Assembly (NCBI GenBank): GCA_029856155.1
Contig: JAHQWL010000007.1
Location: 1 to 64,000, forward strand
Direction: 5' to 3'
DNA: 64,000 nucleotides
Source of the DNA: Promethearchaeia archaeon
GTDB lineage: Archaea > Asgardarchaeota > Lokiarchaeia > Sigyniarchaeales > SOKP01
A program made the translations under genes and the position numbers. The number at the start of each line of letters is the position of its first letter. The stretch's first letter is position 1. The notes beneath the pieces are model-generated. The model was given only the letters and a program-made list of their open reading frames with translations, ran no database searches and was not told the DNA's origin. Below, one piece after another: positions 55,578 through 64,000 of the stretch.

Positions 55578-57338
55578 TTATTCAGTTTCCCCATACTTTG
55601 CTTTCCAAATTGGATCTTGAATTTGTAAAATTCTTCTTTGCACTTTGCCAACCATAGTTTTTGGTAGTTCCTCAATAATTTCGATTTGTTTCGGACATTT
55701 ATAATGAGTTATATTGTCTTTACACCAAGCAATTAACTCATCGGAGTTAATTTTACCTTTTGAATCATCTTTTAACTGAACCCACGCCTTAACCATTTCA
55801 CCCGTTTCGGGATGCGGTAAACCAGCAACAGCAACTTCCAGGATATCGGAATGAGTTCCTAACAATTCCTCAACCTCCTTCGGAAACACAGAATAACCCT
55901 TGTATTTAATCATTTGTTTCTTTCTATCACGAATAACTATTTGACCCATCTCGTCCATATATCCAATATCTCCTGTTAGACACCATATGCGCCCATCCCA
56001 CTCTCTGAGAGTTTCAGCAGTAGCTTCAGGGTTGTTTAAATATCCTTTCATTACTTGTGGACCGCATACACATAGTTCACCTGTATAATCGATTCCATAA
56101 CCTTCTAATGGACCTTTACTAAAATCTTCAGAGTCAAAAAGTGCCCAATCTACACCTGGATATGGTAATCCGATTGTTCCAGGAGTATCAGTACCATCAA
56201 AAGGTCCTGCGCTTACAGCTGTCGTACACTCAGTAAGACCATATGCCTCAACGAGTCTACCTCCACTAATCGCTTCAAATGCATCTTTCACAGGTTTATG
56301 AAGAGGTCCAGCGCCACTAACACATAAGCGAAACATGTTCTCAAGTCTGGGTTCTTGATTTTCTTTTAAATAACGAGTAAGACCTATATAAAGGGTTTCA
56401 ACTCCAGGTAATATTACTCCTTTTTCAGGTCCAACTTCTAATATTGTGTCTATAACCTCCTTTAAAGAAGATGGGGGTCTTGGAAAAAGAATATTATAAT
56501 CCCCTCCTTCAATTACAACATTCTGGACAATTGTCATGCCAAAAGCATGAAACATTGGTAATATTCCAATACATGCCATTGGATGTGTTGCATCTGGCAT
56601 CCACATAACATTTTGTTTAGCATTTGTAACACAGTTGTAATGGGTGATAATAGCTGGTTTAGGAACACCTGTAGTTCCTCCTGTCATTAAGTAGACAGCA
56701 GTATCATTTATGGGATCTATCTCAACTTCTGGAATATCTACTTCACCTCGTTTTTGGCATACATCAAGAAAATTTATAGCATCTGGGACTTCTCCAGTCG
56801 GAATGGTTCCATCAGCAATTAATTGTTCTTTTATAGCAGGTGGAATTGCTGCTAAATCGACAATACAAGTCGAGATAATAAAATCAAATTTATATTTATC
56901 TTGTATTGGTTTGATTAATCCATACATAGCATCCATACAGATTAATGCTTTAGCTTTTACTTGCTGAAGCACATGTAGAATCTCTAAAGGTTTGTAAGTT
57001 GGATTAATAGGTGTGACTATACCGCCCAGTTTAGCTGTTGCGAAATAAGCGATTGTAAACTGAAAACTATTAGGGAGCAGAATAGCCACAACATCTCCTT
57101 TTTTAATTCCTTGCTGGGATAATGAAGTAGCAAGAGAATCTGTATATTTTCTGAGAAGTCTATAATTTAAAAATGTCTTTGAAAACCAGATTGCTTTATT
57201 TTTTGCGTTTTCCTCTGTTTTTTGATCAAACCAATCTCCAAGACTAATTACTGGAAATTCAGGGTGTTTTGGAACTCCCTTTTGATATTTTTTGAACCAA
57301 GGTTTACTATCATCAACATACCATTTGAGTACATTCAT
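55578..57338 (-). CDS. fadD: Long-chain fatty-acid--CoA ligase
   Basis: MTGGTTGVPK, EAYGLTE, GPQVMKGY, TGDIG, DRKKQMI, LPKTMVGKV. Confidence 0.92.
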   Translation of the reverse strand: MNVLKWYVDDSKPWFKKYQKGVPKHPEFPVISLGDWFDQKTEENAKNKAIWFSKTFLNYRLLRKYTDSLATSLSQQGIKKGDVVAILLPNSFQFTIAYFATAKLGGIVTPINPTYKPLEILHVLQQVKAKALICMDAMYGLIKPIQDKYKFDFIISTCIVDLAAIPPAIKEQLIADGTIPTGEVPDAINFLDVCQKRGEVDIPEVEIDPINDTAVYLMTGGTTGVPKPAIITHYNCVTNAKQNVMWMPDATHPMACIGILPMFHAFGMTIVQNVVIEGGDYNILFPRPPSSLKEVIDTILEVGPEKGVILPGVETLYIGLTRYLKENQEPRLENMFRLCVSGAGPLHKPVKDAFEAISGGRLVEAYGLTECTTAVSAGPFDGTDTPGTIGLPYPGVDWALFDSEDFSKGPLEGYGIDYTGELCVCGPQVMKGYLNNPEATAETLREWDGRIWCLTGDIGYMDEMGQIVIRDRKKQMIKYKGYSVFPKEVEELLGTHSDILEVAVAGLPHPETGEMVKAWVQLKDDSKGKINSDELIAWCKDNITHYKCPKQIEIIEELPKTMVGKVQRRILQIQDPIWKAKYGETE

Positions 57339-57468
57339 AAAAATTCCACAAATCTTTTTTTTTTACAGATTTACATCCATTTAAAAATATGTGCTTAAAT
57401 TATTAATAAATGTTTGTGAACCTTTATAAAATTGAAAAATAAAGTAATACATGAAGTAAAAGTATAAG

Positions 57469-58269
57469 TTAACTTTTTTCTTCTACATCTATAGGTCTTC
57501 CCGGACTTCCTTGGTAGTATAATTTTCCAGGTTTACCTCTCCAATTTTTATGTAAAACAGTATTTGGGTATATTACATTATTATCTGTACTTAAAGCTCC
57601 GCAACCCATTAAGGTTCCGGGATAAAAAGTATTATTTTCACCAATTTTTATTTCTAGCATTGTAATTTTTCCGAAGATTGTATTTACAGCATGGCTAGAA
57701 AGACTACTATTTGGATAAAAGAAAGAATTGTCGCCGATATCCGTAAATTCTAATCCTACATATGCATCATTATAAATAACGTTGTTACCAATCTTATTAT
57801 GGCTAATTCTACGTAATGTTCGATTAATAAGCCAAGGAAATGGTGATTTTGACGTTAACCATATAGGAAATTTAATTATAAAGCCTCTTTTATGATAATA
57901 TTTCATCAATTTTCCTTCATCACTGTTTACGTCATCAAGCACTCTTCTAAAAACGCCTTGTTTTGGAGGTGATTTTTTATTCCAACTTCGAGCCCATAAT
58001 GCTGTAAATTCAATTAAAACAATAAGATAAATATAGTAAAGAGTTAAGAAAACAATTGGCAAAATAAATAAGTGAATAATGGGAGGTATAGAAAATAAAT
58101 TAATAAAACTATATTCGAATAATAGGAAAATTCCTAAACAAACATAAAGAGGTACTAAAAAACTAATAAAATTAATTTTAAAAAAATCTAGAGCAGGAAG
58201 CTCCACCGTTTTTTTTAGTTTTTCTTCAAAACTTAAATTTTCATCTTTTTCCTTCTTATCAGCTTCCAT
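57469..58269 (-). CDS. Membrane-anchored left-handed beta-helix (hexapeptide acyltransferase-like) protein
   Basis: Two TM helices, PKQGVF, then KIGNNV / DIGDNS / SSHAV / KIGENN hexapeptides and YQGSPG. Confidence 0.7.
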   Translation of the reverse strand: MEADKKEKDENLSFEEKLKKTVELPALDFFKINFISFLVPLYVCLGIFLLFEYSFINLFSIPPIIHLFILPIVFLTLYYIYLIVLIEFTALWARSWNKKSPPKQGVFRRVLDDVNSDEGKLMKYYHKRGFIIKFPIWLTSKSPFPWLINRTLRRISHNKIGNNVIYNDAYVGLEFTDIGDNSFFYPNSSLSSHAVNTIFGKITMLEIKIGENNTFYPGTLMGCGALSTDNNVIYPNTVLHKNWRGKPGKLYYQGSPGRPIDVEEKS

Positions 58270-58432
58270 AATAATATATCCAAATATTATATATAAAAAA
58301 ATTACCTATGATTCTAAATATTATACCCAATTTAATTATTTATAGAATAAAATCCAAACTTTTTAAGTTAATAATTAATTTGATTTTTCAATTTAGGAGA
58401 TATTTCAATTTTAGTTAAGTACAAGAATAACG

Positions 58433-59650
58433 ATGCAAATAACAATCTTTAAATATCCTAATTTATCACCGCTATGGATAGCTGTTTTTATTGATATCAT
58501 TGGATTTTCTATGATACTCCCAATGGCTCCATTTATAGCAGAAAGTTTTTCCATTCCAATTTTTATAATGGGTATCATACTTTCTATAAATGCGATGTTT
58601 TCATTAATTTTTGGGCCAATCTTAGGAAAGCTTAGTGATAAATTTGGGAGAAGACCATTACTTTTAATTTCACAAGCGGGAACGTTTGCAGGATTCATAT
58701 TACTAGCATTTTCTGATTCACTATGGTTGTTAATAATCTCTAGAGTTATTGATGGAATCTTCGGTGGAAATTTTCCTATTGCTAAAGCAGTAATTGGTGA
58801 TGAAGTTCCTCCAAAAGATAGGAGTTTTCAGATGGCAAATATCGGTGTTTGCCATGTTTTAGCTTCTCTTATTGGTCCGGGATTAGGAGGAACGCTATTT
58901 AGTATTGGTGGGTTGTTATTACCGGGATTGTTCGCAGCAGGACTTTCTTTATTCACTATGGTAATTACAATTTCTATTTTACCTGAAACGTGGCCTAAGG
59001 AAAAACGTGAACTGAACCATGAGTTAAAGAAAAAAGTTGTCATTCATATCAGAAAAAATAAAGGTGCAATGTGGTATTTAATACTGTGGGGTTTTCATAC
59101 AGCATCATTCATGATTGCTATGGCTTCACTTTCATTTTTTGCACAAATTGTTTTTGGATTACAAGCATTTGAGATTGGAGTTCTTTTAATGATATCAGGT
59201 ATTTTTCGAGCCATTGTACGGTTTACATTGTTTAAACCGACAATAAATAAACTTGGGGAAAATAATGCAATTAAACTTGGTTTAGCAATGTTTCTAATTT
59301 CATTCTTTCTTGTGGGATTTTCAATTAATTTAGTAATGTTTTTTATCTTGATAATGGTCATCAGTTTTGCCGCATCTTTAACTCGTGGGCCACTAAATAG
59401 TAAGATAAGCCAGTCAGTTTCTCCTATGGAACAAGGAAAGATAAACGGATATTCCTCAGGTTTAGATAGTTTTGCTCAAATTATTGGTCCTTTACTCGGA
59501 ACATTCATGCTCAACTTTTTTATGCCATTTTATCTAAGTTTTCTTATTAGTTCCATTGCTATAGTTCCTTTCTTAATGGGTTTCAAATCAATTGAATTAA
59601 ATAAATATGATATGCCTGGATTAAGTCAAGAAAAGGTACTTGAAGAATAA
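58433..59650 (+). CDS. MFS transporter (TetA/DHA1-like)
   Basis: Motif A GKLSDKFGRRP, DIIGFSMILP, 12 TM. Confidence 0.92.
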   Translation: MQITIFKYPNLSPLWIAVFIDIIGFSMILPMAPFIAESFSIPIFIMGIILSINAMFSLIFGPILGKLSDKFGRRPLLLISQAGTFAGFILLAFSDSLWLLIISRVIDGIFGGNFPIAKAVIGDEVPPKDRSFQMANIGVCHVLASLIGPGLGGTLFSIGGLLLPGLFAAGLSLFTMVITISILPETWPKEKRELNHELKKKVVIHIRKNKGAMWYLILWGFHTASFMIAMASLSFFAQIVFGLQAFEIGVLLMISGIFRAIVRFTLFKPTINKLGENNAIKLGLAMFLISFFLVGFSINLVMFFILIMVISFAASLTRGPLNSKISQSVSPMEQGKINGYSSGLDSFAQIIGPLLGTFMLNFFMPFYLSFLISSIAIVPFLMGFKSIELNKYDMPGLSQEKVLEE

Positions 59651-59728
59651 CAATTTAAAATATAAAAATAGTATATTAGTTAAATTAATCGCTTGGTTTT
59701 AACAAAAATAAATAAATAAAAAAAAATT

Positions 59729-62700
59729 TTATTGACTTTCATCCGGTGTTGGTTCTATTAAATCTTTTTCCCTAGATGAAAATAGTTTAATTTTCCCTTT
59801 TTTTATGAGCACTCCTAATGTTACTCCTATAGCCGCTATTCCTCCAATAACTGAAACAATAATAATAATTAAAGTAGTATCTATACCGGGTCCACCTTCT
59901 TGGCTTGGGGTACTCTTTATAATAATGACATATTCAGATGCTAAATTTCCAACAGTATCATTAGCATAGAAAATAAGAAGAATATTTCCATCCATAAGAG
60001 AATCCCATATCGTTTGATTTATTGTGCTATTTTGAGTGAAGATATACTTAGAGTCCATATTATTTACTGTGTACCACATGGTATCTAAGTTTGGATCTGC
60101 AATTTCAACGATGAAATTAGGAGCCACATCTTCAAATACTTCATTTTCAGTTGGACTAACAATGTTTATGATAGGATCTGAAGTATCCTTTATTACATTC
60201 ACTTGCTCGAAATTTACATCCCCTAAAGTGTTGCTAGCATAGAATTGAATAGTTACTACTCCATCTGGTAGTGCATCCCAAGCTTCTTGATTGATAGTTC
60301 CATTTTCTGTAAATATATAGTTATGTAATCCATTGTCCAAACTATACCAGGTGATATTTAAAAAAGCACATGTAATCTCAACAATAAAATTCGGTGAAGC
60401 CACCCTAAAATTTTGATTGTCTATTGGACTAATAATATCAATAAAGATAGCATAAATATCTTTTGTTACGTTTATTTCTTCAAAGTTAATATTTCCTAAA
60501 GTATCGTTGGCATAAAATCTGATAGTTACAATTCCATTTGGAAACGCATCCCACTCTGCTTGATTAATAGTTCCATTGTTGGTAAATGTGATATTTAGTG
60601 ATTGATCTGTATTGTTGAATATAGAATACCACATGGTATCTAAGTATGGATCTGTAATGTCTACTGTAAAACTCGGAGCTGCAACTCCAAATACTTCATT
60701 TTCTATAGGACTAATAATATTAATATTTGGCCCTGAAGTATCTTTTATAACATTCACTTGCTTAGAATATATTTCCCCTACTGAATTGTTAGCATAAAAA
60801 TTAATTTTAATTACACCATCTGGTGAGGCACTCCATGCTGTTTGATTAATTGTTCCATTTACAGTAAAAATGTAATTTTCTGATATAGCATCCAAGGTGT
60901 ACCACATAGTATCTAAATAAAGACCTGTATATTCTACTTCAAAACTCGGTGCAGCAACTCCAAAAACTTCATCTTCTATTGGATTAATTATATCGATAAA
61001 GATCGCATAAATGTTTTTTCTTATAACTACTTCCTCAAAATTAATATTTCCAAGACTATTATTTGCGTAAAATCTCAGAGTATATGTTCCATTATATAAT
61101 GCGCCCCATTCCGTTGAATCTATTGTCCCATTCATAGTAAATGTGATATTCAGTGAGTGATCAGTACTATTAAATATCGAATACCACATGGTATCCAAAT
61201 TTGGATCTATAATCTCTATAATGAAATTAGGAGGATCAATTCCAAATTCCTCATTATCTATAGGACTTATAATATTTATAATTGGTGCTGAACTGTTCTT
61301 TATCACATTTACTTGCTTTAAATATATATCCCCTGATGTATTATTAGCATAGCATCGAAATGTAACTATTCCATCTGATAATCCACCCCAAGCCTCTTGA
61401 TTAATAGTTCCATTCTCGGTAAATATATAGTTTTGTATACCCACATCCACACTATACCAAGTGGTATTTAAATTCGTATTCGAAAATTCAACGATGAAAT
61501 TTGGAGCTCTAACACCAAAGACTTCATTTTCAGTTGGACTAACAATATTGATAATAATAGCATCAAAATCTTTTATTACATCAACTTCCTCATAATTAGT
61601 ATTTCCAAGACTATCGTTCGCATAAAATCTTATAGTATACGTTCCATCAGATAATGCGCCCCATACTGTTGGATCAATTGTTCCATTTACAGTGAATATT
61701 TTATTCTGAAATACATCCGTTGCATTAAATATCGAATACCACATGGTATCTAAATTTAGATCTTCAATTTCTACTAAAAAACTTGGAGGATCAACTCTAA
61801 AAATCTCATTCTCAACAGGACTAAGAATATTAATAACTGGTGCTGATGTATCCTTTATTACATTTACTTGTTCGGATTTGATATCTCCTATAGTGTTGTT
61901 AGCATAGAATTGAATAGAAACTATTCCATCAGATAAATCGTCCCATGCACCTTGATTAATCGTTTCATTTGAAGTAAATGTGTAGTTGTGTAATCCTCCA
62001 TCCACGGTATACCACATAGTATTTAGATCTGGGACTGAAACTTCAACAGTGAAATTCGGAGCGATCACTCCAAAAACTTCATTTTCAGTTGGGCTAACGA
62101 TATTGATACCTGAAGGTTGTGAATTTATTGCTATAGTCGCCGCATACCAATCAGGAATAGTACCGCTGTCAGGGTATACATCCCAAGTTCGCTCATCAGA
62201 AGCTCCTTGATTTGCTTGAATTTCATAATACATTCCAGCACTGCACGTATCCCAAAAATTCCCAGTTTCTGAAGTATTTGCATATAAAACTGTAGGTCCT
62301 GGTTCAAGAGTGTCCCCATAATTATTTCCTTGAAAAACATATTCAAGTCCATGAAACCCGATAATTAAAGTATTATCTTGTGTTGTAATTACCGAAGGAT
62401 TTACAATATCTCCTGTAGAATAGGCAGTACTATTTGTTTGGAAGGGATCATTTTTATCATATCCAGTAATTCTAATAATTCCAATAACAAAATTTTCCGA
62501 GCCACCTGACCATGATGTATTATAATTGATCGGTTCTGAACTTCCAGCAATTTTATACCATGATGCTATTGTTATCCCAGAATCATCCCACTCTGGTAGA
62601 AGATCATCCCAACCTAAAGGATCTACCAGACTTTGACCAGTTCCATCAATTGTGCAATGAAGTATTAATAAATCGCCATCTTGGGTTCCACTAGGTTTAT

Positions 62701-62932
62701 TAACTATAGCCATAATACCACTACCAGTAGCTATTTCCCAATCTGGTTGAACTGTTGCAGCTATTTTAAGATTTTCAACATTTTTCTTACTAAATACATT
62801 TCTATAAGAAATTCTTTGATTCCTTTGAGAAAAACCTATAATTTGGATGGAACCAAATATAAGGGACAATATTATTAAAAATCCAATTACTCTTCTTTTT
62901 TTAATTAATTTTATATTCAAGGAATTCACCAC
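59729..62932 (-). CDS. Cell-surface glycoprotein with eight tandem Ig-like repeats and C-terminal TM anchor
   Basis: Signal anchor, about 210-aa N-terminal head domain, 8 repeats of 90-94 aa, then TM LIIIIVSVIGGIAAIGVTLGVLI followed by KKGKIK. Confidence 0.88.
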   Translation of the reverse strand: MVNSLNIKLIKKRRVIGFLIILSLIFGSIQIIGFSQRNQRISYRNVFSKKNVENLKIAATVQPDWEIATGSGIMAIVNKPSGTQDGDLLILHCTIDGTGQSLVDPLGWDDLLPEWDDSGITIASWYKIAGSSEPINYNTSWSGGSENFVIGIIRITGYDKNDPFQTNSTAYSTGDIVNPSVITTQDNTLIIGFHGLEYVFQGNNYGDTLEPGPTVLYANTSETGNFWDTCSAGMYYEIQANQGASDERTWDVYPDSGTIPDWYAATIAINSQPSGINIVSPTENEVFGVIAPNFTVEVSVPDLNTMWYTVDGGLHNYTFTSNETINQGAWDDLSDGIVSIQFYANNTIGDIKSEQVNVIKDTSAPVINILSPVENEIFRVDPPSFLVEIEDLNLDTMWYSIFNATDVFQNKIFTVNGTIDPTVWGALSDGTYTIRFYANDSLGNTNYEEVDVIKDFDAIIINIVSPTENEVFGVRAPNFIVEFSNTNLNTTWYSVDVGIQNYIFTENGTINQEAWGGLSDGIVTFRCYANNTSGDIYLKQVNVIKNSSAPIINIISPIDNEEFGIDPPNFIIEIIDPNLDTMWYSIFNSTDHSLNITFTMNGTIDSTEWGALYNGTYTLRFYANNSLGNINFEEVVIRKNIYAIFIDIINPIEDEVFGVAAPSFEVEYTGLYLDTMWYTLDAISENYIFTVNGTINQTAWSASPDGVIKINFYANNSVGEIYSKQVNVIKDTSGPNINIISPIENEVFGVAAPSFTVDITDPYLDTMWYSIFNNTDQSLNITFTNNGTINQAEWDAFPNGIVTIRFYANDTLGNINFEEINVTKDIYAIFIDIISPIDNQNFRVASPNFIVEITCAFLNITWYSLDNGLHNYIFTENGTINQEAWDALPDGVVTIQFYASNTLGDVNFEQVNVIKDTSDPIINIVSPTENEVFEDVAPNFIVEIADPNLDTMWYTVNNMDSKYIFTQNSTINQTIWDSLMDGNILLIFYANDTVGNLASEYVIIIKSTPSQEGGPGIDTTLIIIIVSVIGGIAAIGVTLGVLIKKGKIKLFSSREKDLIEPTPDESQ
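59911..62116 (-). repeat. Eight intragenic repeats of about 275 bp encoding Ig-like domains
   Basis: Recurring I.I.SP.ENE.F...P.F.VE.....LDTMWY.....FT.NGTI....W..L.DG...I.FYAN...G.....V...KD. Confidence 0.9.
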
Positions 62933-63087
62933 AATTTATGTGTTATAAATAACCTAGACTCTTTAATATATAAATATATTTTAAAGCCTTTTTTCTATAT
63001 TTTGCATCCTTAGAAATTGAAATTAGAGGTATGGAAAGAAATTATTAATTTTTTTAAAGGGTAACCTCTTTTTAATGAGAAGGGTCA

Positions 63088-63924
63088 TTAATTTCTTAAA
63101 AAATTTAGAATTATATTATTAATTTCTAAAGCTCTCGTTTTTGGAGATTCATGACCCGCTTTTTCAATGACTCTAAATACACTATTAAGAATTCTTTTAT
63201 GCATTTCCTCTGCATTGCTTTTTGAACAAACTTTATCATGCGAAGCAGCTAATAATAAGACAGGACTCTTAATTTCATGTAGTCTCTTAAGACTATTATA
63301 TCCTTTCATTGCTTCTATTTGAAGTTCAATATCACGTGGAGTTGGCATAAGAATTGTGCTCTCCCTTATTTCATCTTCAGCAGACCAAATTCCAAAAAAT
63401 TTTTTCATTGGATTTGCCTTTAATTCTTTTCGGTATTTATGATAGAACCAAATATGAGCATTATCCCAAAAAGCTTTCTCTGGGTCTTTTTTTATAAGTT
63501 CTAACTGGTCTAATCTATTTCTTTTCAGTAGCTCTAATCCTACGTTATCTGGGGCTCCACTTACGGTATTCACTAATATTAATTTATCAACATAATCCGG
63601 GTGTTGTAGAGCGAACTGTTGAGCAATAATACCTCCCATAGATGTCCCTAAAATATGAGCTTTTTTAATTTCAAGGTAATTTAGTAATTCTTTAATATCA
63701 TTAGCAAGAGTTTCCATAGTATAGGACTCATTAACTCTTTCAGATTTTCCAGCACCTCGGTTATCAAAAGTTATTACTTTAAAATGTTCAGATAACGCGG
63801 GGACTTGGCATTTAAAACCCTCTTTTCTTGCACCAAACCCTTGAATTAATACAATTGGGTAGTCGTCACCAAATAATTCATAGCAGATTTCTACTCCATT
63901 TATTTTTGCAAAAAGTTCTGTCAT
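63088..63924 (-). CDS. Alpha/beta hydrolase (PcaD/enol-lactonase-like)
   Basis: FDNRGAGKS, GTSMGG nucleophile elbow, HD, AGH. Confidence 0.92.
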   Translation of the reverse strand: MTELFAKINGVEICYELFGDDYPIVLIQGFGARKEGFKCQVPALSEHFKVITFDNRGAGKSERVNESYTMETLANDIKELLNYLEIKKAHILGTSMGGIIAQQFALQHPDYVDKLILVNTVSGAPDNVGLELLKRNRLDQLELIKKDPEKAFWDNAHIWFYHKYRKELKANPMKKFFGIWSAEDEIRESTILMPTPRDIELQIEAMKGYNSLKRLHEIKSPVLLLAASHDKVCSKSNAEEMHKRILNSVFRVIEKAGHESPKTRALEINNIILNFLRN

Positions 63925-63937
63925 ATAATTCTTGAAT

Positions 63938-64000
63938 TTACTTTTTTAGAAAATTTGTAATAGTTTCATTGACTTCTGTTGCTTTTTCTTTCGATACTCC
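63938..64000 (-). CDS. C-terminus of a probable second alpha/beta hydrolase (partial)
   Basis: GVSKEKATEVNETITNFLKK* parallels the end of the downstream hydrolase (ESPKTRALEINNIILNFLRN). Confidence 0.55.
   Translation of the reverse strand, partial: GVSKEKATEVNETITNFLKK

Noticed and set aside
59911-62116. Long repeats considered as a CRISPR array or DGR template/variable repeats
   Set aside because: They are in-frame protein domain repeats with no repeat-spacer structure, and no cas or reverse transcriptase genes are present.
997-62878. Many short antisense or nested ORFs in the track (e.g. 997-1266, 2957-3340, 8295-8666, 31070-31423, 45719-46108, 58411-58698)
   Set aside because: They lie within or opposite well-supported genes and have no motifs; they are shadow ORFs.

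Overview
AT-rich chromosomal window from an Asgard archaeon, most likely Lokiarchaeia. The evidence is an ESCRT-II/Vps4/ESCRT-III cluster, a Rab-like GTPase, longin/roadblock and DENN-like proteins, archaeal ribosomal proteins eS1 and uS15, and a BHB-intron tRNA. Contents in order: a partial FG-GAP-repeat secreted protein; vps22, vps25, vps4, ESCRT-III and a Rab-like GTPase; tRNA-Gly(GCC) with a 31-nt intron; a MarR/reductive-dehalogenase-like divergon with a palindromic operator candidate; tRNA-Val(GAC); pgk; larB, larC and nikR; a face-to-face/bacterial-type histone; a GH2 glucuronidase plus GHMP kinase; housekeeping genes. Next is a 16-kb five-gene operon: MacB/LolD-type ATPase, two FtsX/MacB-type permeases, a membrane-anchored Ig/TRAP-beta-like protein and a 1595-aa membrane-anchored S8 protease with a cytoplasmic zinc-finger tail. 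This operon is the best candidate for an undescribed system. It is followed by a bacterial-type RNase III, a truncated TFS, a lipid/acyl-CoA catabolism region with three tandem GDPDs, and an 8-repeat Ig-like surface protein. No CRISPR array, rRNA, transposase or integrase was seen. All family calls come from motifs recognised by eye; no database searches were run.
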